Made by a program: the position numbers and the translations under genes. Under the pieces are notes generated by a model. It had not been told where the DNA came from. It saw only the letters and a program-made list of their open reading frames with translations, and did not search any database. From a virus, in the IMG/VR virus record IMGVR_UViG_3300047168_000120, positions 31,521-95,520 of that record: a stretch of DNA of 64,000 bases. One strand, 5' to 3'. Positions 56,807 to 64,000 of the stretch are shown here, one piece after another; within the stretch, counting starts at the first letter, position 1, and each line of letters starts with the position of its first letter.

Positions 56807-58285
56807 ATGTCTGACACATTGAAGGCGCTCCGCGATGCTCTCGCGAAGGGCGCAGCGACTCAGGATCTGAATAAGGCGGCGACCTTCATTCAGTCCACCT
56901 CGGCAACCACGGGTCTTACCGAATACGACCTCGAGCCGGTGGCGAAGGAACTCTACCCGGTTCTCACCCCGCTGCTGAAATCCATCCCCCGCGTGAGCGG
57001 CAAGGGCGGCATCCAGGCAAACTGGAAAACCGTCAAGTCGATCTCCAGCGACGGTGGCAGCATGGGCATCGCCGAGGGCATGCGCGGTGCGCTGATCAAC
57101 GTCACGACCGGCGATTACTATGCCGCGTACCGGACACTTGGCCGTGAATCCAGCGCGACCTTCGAGGCGGAAGAGGCAGCCGAAGGCTTTGACGACATCA
57201 AGGCGCGGGCGGTTCATACCCTCCTGCAGGCCAAGATGCTCGGCGAGGAAGCTATCCTGCTCGGCTCCAACTCGATGTACAATCTCGGTCGTACCCCGAC
57301 GCCGACCCTTGTCGCGGCCAACACCGGGGGCAACATCCCGGCCAGCACGGCAGTTTATGTCGGATGTGTCGCGCTGACGTTCGACGGTCTGAACGGTGTC
57401 GTGGGGGGCGTGGTTCCAAACCAGATGACGCGCACCAACTCTGATGGCACAACGACCCAGTATAACGGTGGTTCAGCGCAAGGGTCCATTCTGGCGAACG
57501 TTTCCACCGCAGCGGGTACCGCGACGAATCAGGTCACTGCGTCGGTTTCACCGTTGCAGGGTGCCTATGGTTACGCCTGGTACGTCGGCACCAGCAGCAA
57601 CCAGTATTTCTATGCCGTAACGACCGTCGCGCAGGTGGTGATCACCAGCGTGCCGACCAGCGGCCAGCTGTTCAGCGTGTTCTCGGCCGACTATTCCGCG
57701 AATAACCTGATCCACGACGGCCTGCTCGGTTTTGTCGGCAATCCCGGCAATGGATCGTACTGGACCGCGGCTGCAAACGGCGCCGGCCTGACGGCAGATG
57801 GTTCCGGTGGTATCGTCGAATTCGACAGCACCCTGAAATATTTCTGGGATACACTCCGCTTGTCCCCGGATGAAATCATGGTGTCGAGCCAGGAGATGAC
57901 CTGGATCCGCAAGAAAATCCTGACGGGTAGTTCTGCGGCTTCGACGTCGCGCTTCGTGTTCAACATGCAGCAGGGTCAGTTGGTCGGCGGCGGCATGCCT
58001 CGCGGCTATTTGAACCCCTACGTGATGTCCGGCACCGCGCCGGAAATCCCGATCACGCTGCACCCGAACATGCCGGCGGGCACTGTGCTTTTCATCACGC
58101 ACAAGCTGCCCTACCCGCTCGCGAATATCAGCAACGTGATGAACGTTCGTTGCCGTCGCGATAACTACCAAATCGAGTGGCCGCGGACCAACCGTACCTA
58201 TCAATACGGCGTCTACTCGAGCCAGGTGCTGCAGCATTACTTCATGCAGAGCCTGGGCGTCATCACCAACCTCTCGCCGAATTAA
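56807..58285 (+). CDS. Major capsid protein
   Basis: YDLEPVAKELYPVLTPLLKSIPRV; position after protease and scaffold; followed by a strong terminator. Confidence 0.85.
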   Translation: MSDTLKALRDALAKGAATQDLNKAATFIQSTSATTGLTEYDLEPVAKELYPVLTPLLKSIPRVSGKGGIQANWKTVKSISSDGGSMGIAEGMRGALINVTTGDYYAAYRTLGRESSATFEAEEAAEGFDDIKARAVHTLLQAKMLGEEAILLGSNSMYNLGRTPTPTLVAANTGGNIPASTAVYVGCVALTFDGLNGVVGGVVPNQMTRTNSDGTTTQYNGGSAQGSILANVSTAAGTATNQVTASVSPLQGAYGYAWYVGTSSNQYFYAVTTVAQVVITSVPTSGQLFSVFSADYSANNLIHDGLLGFVGNPGNGSYWTAAANGAGLTADGSGGIVEFDSTLKYFWDTLRLSPDEIMVSSQEMTWIRKKILTGSSAASTSRFVFNMQQGQLVGGGMPRGYLNPYVMSGTAPEIPITLHPNMPAGTVLFITHKLPYPLANISNVMNVRCRRDNYQIEWPRTNRTYQYGVYSSQVLQHYFMQSLGVITNLSPN

Positions 58286-58293
58286 CCTGATCT

Positions 58294-58320
58294 GGGGCGT
58301 CTGAAAAGACGCCCCTTTTC
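58294..58320 (+). terminator. Intrinsic terminator
   Basis: GGGGCGTCT-gaaa-AGACGCCCC-TTTT. Confidence 0.85.
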
Positions 58321-58341
58321 ATCCCGCAGGAGGTTTCTGAG

Positions 58342-58836
58342 ATGCCCATTTACAAGGTTCCAAATCCGAACGTGTCAGCTATCGCCTGTCACGGAGAGGA
58401 ATTCGATGTCGAGAACGGTTTTATCGAAGTTCCCGACGAAATCATCACGCCGGAAATCGAGTATGCGATCACGACGCATGCCGGTTGCGTCCTGGCGACG
58501 CAGGATGATGTTGATGAGGTCGTGACGCTCATCGACACCGGCAAAGACTTGAAGCGCAATGCCGAGGAACGCGCCCGGCTCCTGAAGATATTGAAGGACG
58601 CGGGCATCAAAATCGATGGCCGCAAATCCCTCGAATGGGTGCAGGAGCGGTTCGACGAAATGGTGGCGCAAGGCTTGGTGACGCCGGATGGCGGGGCCGT
58701 TCAGCCGGCTCCCGCACCGGTTGAACCGCCTGTCGAGCCAGGGCCAACCGATGAGCCTCCGACACCTGCGCCGGATGTCGAACACCCGTCGGAAGATCCT
58801 CCCCCACCGCCCCCGGAAGAGCCGCCGGCGCCGTAA
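58342..58836 (+). CDS. Hypothetical protein with Pro-rich tail
   Basis: AGGAGG RBS. Confidence 0.75.
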   Translation: MPIYKVPNPNVSAIACHGEEFDVENGFIEVPDEIITPEIEYAITTHAGCVLATQDDVDEVVTLIDTGKDLKRNAEERARLLKILKDAGIKIDGRKSLEWVQERFDEMVAQGLVTPDGGAVQPAPAPVEPPVEPGPTDEPPTPAPDVEHPSEDPPPPPPEEPPAP

Positions 58837-58907
58837 TGCGCACGGCAAATCGATCAACAACTCATGGGCGTGTCCGGTGCATCACCGGCACGCCCTTGGT
58901 GGTTTGA

Positions 58908-59555
58908 ATGACAGATCTAGTCACGCTCGCGGCCGCGCAGGCTTTCGTTCAGGATACGACCAGCGATGGCGCAGCCTGGGTGCAGACCTGCATTGATGCC
59001 GCCAGCCAATCGGTGATAGATTTTCTCGGACCGGATCCATCGACTCAGACCAGGACGGAGCTGCTCAGCGGCTATAATACGAGCTCACTCTACCCCAGGG
59101 CATCAGGAAAAGTCGCGCCGATCACCGGCTTAACCAGCATCACGATCAACCCGGCACTGACGCAATGTGCCGAGCCATGGCCAAACGTGGGGTTGAACAT
59201 CGCGGCGCCGATCACCGTTGATATGTCCACCGTGAGTTTCGAGGCGGGCATGATTTATTACACCAACGGTAGAATTTTTCCTCGGGGAAAAAAGAATATC
59301 ACCGTTGTCTATACGTCAGGGTATGCCCTGACGCCAACAACGGGCATTCCGAACCTTCCATCGTCAATTTCCCTGGCCGTTCTCTATACCGTCAAGGCTT
59401 TTTACACCACGCTCGGCAAGGAAATGAATGCCGCCAGCGAAAGCTATTCCGGCGTGATGAGCCAATCATTTTTCAGCTCTGGCGCAGGTGCAATTCCGCC
59501 GGCGGCTCAGTTGCTGCTTAAGCCCTACCTGCCCAAAATGCATATGCCGGGATAG
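58908..59555 (+). CDS. Head-tail connector/adaptor
   Basis: LVTLAAAQAF...NITVVYTSGY...LP.SISLA...LLKPY. Confidence 0.75.
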   Translation: MTDLVTLAAAQAFVQDTTSDGAAWVQTCIDAASQSVIDFLGPDPSTQTRTELLSGYNTSSLYPRASGKVAPITGLTSITINPALTQCAEPWPNVGLNIAAPITVDMSTVSFEAGMIYYTNGRIFPRGKKNITVVYTSGYALTPTTGIPNLPSSISLAVLYTVKAFYTTLGKEMNAASESYSGVMSQSFFSSGAGAIPPAAQLLLKPYLPKMHMPG

Positions 59556-59561
59556 GCGCGA

Positions 59562-60179
59562 ATGAGCGGAAGCCTAAATGCCGTTCGAAACCAGGTCTCG
59601 ATGGCGGCGCGGCGGCGCGGGACAATGATCACGCTGCGCCGCGCGCAGACCACGGGCGGCCCGAATCCCCTCCAGATCCCGCCCATCGTTGAAAACCCGG
59701 AAATTGCCGCGGCGCAAGCAATCGGCGATACCGTTCTTTCGATAGGGGCTGCGACCGCCAACGGCGCGCTTGTGCCTGGCGATCTGATCACCGTCGATGG
59801 AAACACCTATACGGTCCAGACGCAGACCGCTTCTACGGCTTTCGGCGTCTCGCCGGCGGGATTCTTCAGCGTGCCGATTTCGCCTGCACTCAGCACCGCC
59901 GTCAGCCCGGGGGATGCCGTCACGCTGAGCTTTTCGGCGGATCAGGACTTTTACGCCAACATCAACTCCTATGCCCTGCAACAGGTCAACGAGGTGATCC
60001 AGGCGGCGGATCTGCAAATTCTCTTGCCTGCATGGGATACGATCACCGCTTCGCTGATCACGCAACCTCAGGAGACAGACAAGATCGTCTTCAACGGCCA
60101 GGTTCTGTCGATCATTTCCTGCTTGCCGCAGTTCATCCAGGGCCAGGTGGTGACCTACCGTATCCAGGCCCGGGCCTGA
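59562..60179 (+). CDS. Head-closure-like protein with an inserted domain
   Basis: GTMITLRR...D.IVFNGQ...YRIQARA; synteny. Confidence 0.6.
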   Translation: MSGSLNAVRNQVSMAARRRGTMITLRRAQTTGGPNPLQIPPIVENPEIAAAQAIGDTVLSIGAATANGALVPGDLITVDGNTYTVQTQTASTAFGVSPAGFFSVPISPALSTAVSPGDAVTLSFSADQDFYANINSYALQQVNEVIQAADLQILLPAWDTITASLITQPQETDKIVFNGQVLSIISCLPQFIQGQVVTYRIQARA

Positions 60180-60181
60180 CG

Positions 60182-60637
60182 ATGAAGGGCGACCCGGATC
60201 AATTCGCCGTCGACGTCAGAAATTGGGTCGAGAAGGCCAAAAATGACGTGAATGGCGCGTTCCAAGCAACCGCTCTGCTGGCGCTTGCCAGGGTCAAGGA
60301 ACTGACACCGGTGGACACGGGATTTCTGCGCGCGTCCTGGACGATCGTGAACGCCGATAATGTCCAGGGAATGGACGGCTCGCCGGCGTCGGCCCTTGAG
60401 GCCGTGGCAAATCTCAGGCTGGGCGACCGAATCATGCTCGTTAATCCAGCGCCATACGCGATGCGCATCAATTTCGGTTTCGTCGGCGAGGACAGCCTTG
60501 GGCGCCATTACGATCAGAAGGGACGGCACATGGTCGAGCAAACCATTGCAGAGATGCCGGAAATCTCCCGCCAGGCCGTCAGCTGGGTCATGGGCGGCGG
60601 AACGCCGCTCACGATCATGGGCCTGGGGAATGACTGA
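60182..60637 (+). CDS. HK97 gp10-like neck protein
   Basis: TPVDTGFLRASW, N.APYA.RINFG. Confidence 0.8.
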   Translation: MKGDPDQFAVDVRNWVEKAKNDVNGAFQATALLALARVKELTPVDTGFLRASWTIVNADNVQGMDGSPASALEAVANLRLGDRIMLVNPAPYAMRINFGFVGEDSLGRHYDQKGRHMVEQTIAEMPEISRQAVSWVMGGGTPLTIMGLGND

Positions 60638-63600
60638 TGTACGACGTCGTCGTAGATGCGCTGGACACGTATTTCCAAGCGCAGCTCGCTGCTTTAGCCA
60701 ATCCTCTGGACGTCGCATGGGAAGGTGTTGCCTACCGGCCGAGCGCCAGCAAGCCCTATCTGCGCATCAAGGTGTCTGGCTATGTGCGCACGCCGGCGGG
60801 CGTCGGCGCGGACTGCGTGAATGTGGAGAGCGGGGCCTATACGGTCTCAGTCGTCTATCCGGTGGGATCGGGCCGCGGGGCGGCCTCTGGTATAGCGCAG
60901 CAGATCGCGGAGATGTTTCCGCGCGGCATGTCTCTCGAGCTCGCTGGCCAGGCGCCGCTGATCATCATCAATGCGACAGCCGCGCCGGCGATGACCGAGG
61001 GCGCGTGGATGACGGTTCCCGTCTCCGTCTACTGGGTCACGACCGAAACGGCCGTCCTCAGCAGCGTTACGGTTTCGGAGGATAATATGATCTACGATTT
61101 TGCCTCCGCGCCGGCCGATTCTGTTGGCAGCAACGGTGATTATTATATTAACACGACATCCACCGGGTTCTTTGGGCCAAAAACCAACGGCGTTTGGCCA
61201 GATACCCCGCTTTTCTATATGCAGGGACCTGCCGGTCCGCCTGGCACATCTTCAAGCAACCGCTTCCTGACGAGCAGCTATTCCTCCGTACAGGCGACCT
61301 TCGCGGCCGCGCTTGCCTCCAGCGGCAATGCTTACGTCTATTCCGCACCAGGCGCTTATTCGGAGACAACAGCGATCACGGCAACCCTCGGCAGCTATTC
61401 GCTGACTTTCGACGGCGATGAAGAAACCGCATTCACCTTTCAAAATGGCATTTCTGGCTTTGCTTTCTCACTGGAGAATGAGCTGCAAAGTGTCTCGGTT
61501 AAAGGGATGTCGATCATTTCCGCGACCCCGCAGTCAAGCCCGCCTGCGGGCGCTGCAATTTCTATTCTGAGCCCCGGCTTTACATCTGGTGCGCTTCCCA
61601 AAACTACCAAAATTTCTAGCGTGCAGATTCTTGGCCAGTGGGCCAACGGTATCGTGCTACAGGGCGTTCCCGATGTTGTAGGAAACGGAATCGTCATTTC
61701 CTTCCCAAATGCCAATTCGACATCAGTTGGGATTTCGATCACCGGTAACACGGATGCTGGTATCGCAACGAAATACGGATTTACCGATTGCGTCATCGCC
61801 AATGGCGGCGGCACCGCGGTGAACATCGGAAACGATATTCAAGGTGTCAATTTCAAAAATCTCGTCACTTATGGGCAGCAATACGGGATCGTCTGGACAA
61901 ATACGACTGTTGCTGGCGATTTGCTCCAAGTTGCCGATAGCAACATGGAAGCTCATCAGGTTCTTGGACTTCAAGGAACCTCGTCTGCTCCGCTCTATAA
62001 TATCCAGATTGCTGACTCAACATTCAACACCGCTGCGCTTACCAGCGGCGTCCCGTTCATTTTACTAAATTATTGCACTACAGTAACGCTTAGCGGAAAT
62101 ATCTTTTCGCCCGGTGTCAGTGGCGCGACGATTTCCTTTACCAACTGCGTGAATTTAAGCATCGTCGGCGGCCAGCTACAGTGCGCGACTTTGAATCTGA
62201 CCGGTGGAAATAATTATCATTTCTCCAACGTGAATTTCAATGTGGCGACGATTCAAGGAGCGGCCACGAACTCGAAATATGACGGTTGCTCTTTCGCTAC
62301 AGCGACCGTGTTTACCGGTACGGGCGACTCACCCATAATTTCAGGGTGCAAGTTTGCCGCATTGCCAGATTTCACTGCAATAAATCCAGTGCTTTCGAAT
62401 AACTATTTTGCCGGCGTCTTGTACGTCTCGGGTGCGCCGGCATCATGCCTCTCCGGAAGTTATGTGCCGGGCGCCCAGCAACTTGTCGCGGCAACGCCAC
62501 AGTATTATGCGCAGTTTGACGGCGGAACAAATGCCACGCTCCAGGTCCTTACAAACGTAAGTAATCTGATTGTCGAAACCGTCAATCCAACAGAAATCAT
62601 TCTTCCTCCAGCGCCGACAATGGCGAACACAGGAATTCAGGACCTTGTGATCACATTTGCCGCGGCAAATTCCGCGATATCATGGGCGCTTGGAACTGGC
62701 ACGCAATCGTTTGCGGGTCCAACTCTTCCGACGACTGTGGTAGCGGGTCAGCAAATCGTTTTGCGTTGGATTCAATTCACCAATTCATGGCTAAACGTGT
62801 CGTCGTCCGCGGGCGGTTCTTCAATTACCAACGACCCGCAGCAGACGACGATGGCTCTGACAGATTTTCTGGGCGCGAGTATCGGGGGTGTCGACGCTAA
62901 AATCACGCCGCAGGCCTTCTTTGCAGCTTTGGGCGCGCCCGTATCCGGTCTTTCAACCGGTGCTGCGAGCAGTGCTGGTGATGAAATTCTGACGCTCCAG
63001 TCGGGTTCCTTGGTGGTCAATAGCATGTCAGAGATGTGGACAGGCTATTTCGCGGTGCAAGCAACCGCTCAGTTTCAGCCTGTGGTAAATTTGTCAGGCA
63101 ACACGGTGCTCGACAGCTCAGTGCATAATAATCGGAAGCTGGTTGCCAACACATCTTTGACCTTAACGCCAGATGCATTCGCATCGGTGGGCAATGGTTT
63201 TAGCTGCACGCTTATTGCTGACACGGGTGCCACGGTGACTTTTGGCAGCGGTTTCACAGTTTATGGAGGAGGAACAACTCTGGCGCCGGGCCAAACGGCT
63301 TTCATCAACGCTTTTACTGACAGCGCCAGCAACAATGTGGTGAACGTCGCGATTGTTGGGAGCGGCGGATCAATCACGGGAAACGGCCTAAGCGTCAGCA
63401 CGCTTTCGACAAATTACACGCCAGGATCATCAATCTCCATCGTAGGGTCGGTTGGGCCGGCCAATACGCCGGTTCAGGTGGCCATCGGTACGAGCGCCAC
63501 GGTTGCGCCAACGTCCGGCTGGGTTTCTGCCACGGTATCAGGCACAAACTTCGCTGCTTCTATCACCGAAGCGACGGCTGGCACCTATTATATTTGGGCG

Positions 63601-64000
63601 CAGCAGACGGGAAATACAGCGATTCAGGCGGTCAGCTCGGCTGTGACCGTAGCGTCGCAAACCCTCACGCTGAATTCGCCTGGCAGCAGCGGTACGGCTG
63701 GAACGGCAATACCGCTTTCTGGTACGGTTTCCCCGAGCGGCACCGGAGTCCAGGTGCAGCTCGGCACGAGTGCCACCGTTGCACCAACCGGATCGTGGAC
63801 CGCCGCAGCGATATCCGGCACCAGCTGGACGGCGTCTCTCACGCCATCTTCTGCCGGCACCTATTACGTTTGGGCTGAGGTGACGTCGAATACAGCTGTG
63901 CAGCAGATCAGCAGCGCGATTACGGTTGTGTCTGGCCCAACCGGCCTTACATGGACGCTGATCGGCGGTACTGGCACTGGCGCCATTACCTCGATGACGA
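60637..64000 (+). CDS. Tail-terminator (DUF4128-like) domain fused to a long fibre/adhesin; runs off the window (>=1121 aa)
   Basis: TGATG coupling; VAWEGVAYRP..PYLR...YP.GSG...FPRG...WMTVPVSVYW, then GPAGPPG, a beta-helix-like region and two Ig-like repeats. Absent from the ORF track, consistent with no stop before the window end. Confidence 0.75.
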   Translation, partial: MYDVVVDALDTYFQAQLAALANPLDVAWEGVAYRPSASKPYLRIKVSGYVRTPAGVGADCVNVESGAYTVSVVYPVGSGRGAASGIAQQIAEMFPRGMSLELAGQAPLIIINATAAPAMTEGAWMTVPVSVYWVTTETAVLSSVTVSEDNMIYDFASAPADSVGSNGDYYINTTSTGFFGPKTNGVWPDTPLFYMQGPAGPPGTSSSNRFLTSSYSSVQATFAAALASSGNAYVYSAPGAYSETTAITATLGSYSLTFDGDEETAFTFQNGISGFAFSLENELQSVSVKGMSIISATPQSSPPAGAAISILSPGFTSGALPKTTKISSVQILGQWANGIVLQGVPDVVGNGIVISFPNANSTSVGISITGNTDAGIATKYGFTDCVIANGGGTAVNIGNDIQGVNFKNLVTYGQQYGIVWTNTTVAGDLLQVADSNMEAHQVLGLQGTSSAPLYNIQIADSTFNTAALTSGVPFILLNYCTTVTLSGNIFSPGVSGATISFTNCVNLSIVGGQLQCATLNLTGGNNYHFSNVNFNVATIQGAATNSKYDGCSFATATVFTGTGDSPIISGCKFAALPDFTAINPVLSNNYFAGVLYVSGAPASCLSGSYVPGAQQLVAATPQYYAQFDGGTNATLQVLTNVSNLIVETVNPTEIILPPAPTMANTGIQDLVITFAAANSAISWALGTGTQSFAGPTLPTTVVAGQQIVLRWIQFTNSWLNVSSSAGGSSITNDPQQTTMALTDFLGASIGGVDAKITPQAFFAALGAPVSGLSTGAASSAGDEILTLQSGSLVVNSMSEMWTGYFAVQATAQFQPVVNLSGNTVLDSSVHNNRKLVANTSLTLTPDAFASVGNGFSCTLIADTGATVTFGSGFTVYGGGTTLAPGQTAFINAFTDSASNNVVNVAIVGSGGSITGNGLSVSTLSTNYTPGSSISIVGSVGPANTPVQVAIGTSATVAPTSGWVSATVSGTNFAASITEATAGTYYIWAQQTGNTAIQAVSSAVTVASQTLTLNSPGSSGTAGTAIPLSGTVSPSGTGVQVQLGTSATVAPTGSWTAAAISGTSWTASLTPSSAGTYYVWAEVTSNTAVQQISSAITVVSGPTGLTWTLIGGTGTGAITSMT

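Larger units (their letters stand above)
1..64000. mobile_element. Tailed phage/prophage genome segment, alphaproteobacterial host likely
   Basis: Terminase, portal, MuF-like, prohead protease, major capsid, connectors, DnaB/initiator and cI/cro-like genes are all present. CtrA-like, GcrA-like and RcGTA-type spike base genes point to an alphaproteobacterial host. No integrase or ends seen. Confidence 0.95.

Overview
The whole 64 kb window reads as part of a tailed phage or prophage of an alphaproteobacterium. No integrase, att site or flanking host chromosome is visible. From left to right: (1) 1-7.6 kb, a leftward string of small genes, including a DUF932-like protein, nearly all separated by one conserved two-hairpin + RBS element; (2) 7.7-12.6 kb, DnaB, replication initiator, VRR-NUC and a cro/cI-like switch; (3) 12.7-15.4 kb, leftward accessory genes, including a beta-clamp-like protein; (4) 15.5-30.8 kb, terS-like, a TIGR-Tas-like locus, sulfotransferase-like, CtrA-like, terL, GcrA-like, head spike base, portal, Nudix-bearing and MuF-like genes; (5) 30.9-48.2 kb, an accessory block that splits the head module, with Tad2/DUF2829, a papain-like peptidase, tRNA-Met, ahcY, HerA-like ATPase, MT-A70, GP88-like and DUF5131 genes; (6) 48.2-64 kb, prohead protease, a giant internal-protein candidate, scaffold, major capsid, connectors and a tail-terminator/fibre fusion that runs off the window. 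Main result: 22 stem-loop units, each with the core CCN-N9-NG-N4-CCN-N9-NG and different 9-nt segments, flank and overlap a nuclease-less IS110/Nop-domain gene between terS and terL. This matches a stem-loop TIGR guide-RNA array with a TasA-like protein, and the arrays are tiled by translationally coupled ORFs. Two other repeat systems stand out: about 19 copies of the covarying two-hairpin element, and 14 copies of a 20-bp palindromic operator (AAACACA-N6-TGTGTTT) spread over all modules. All protein calls come from motif recognition by eye; no database search was run.
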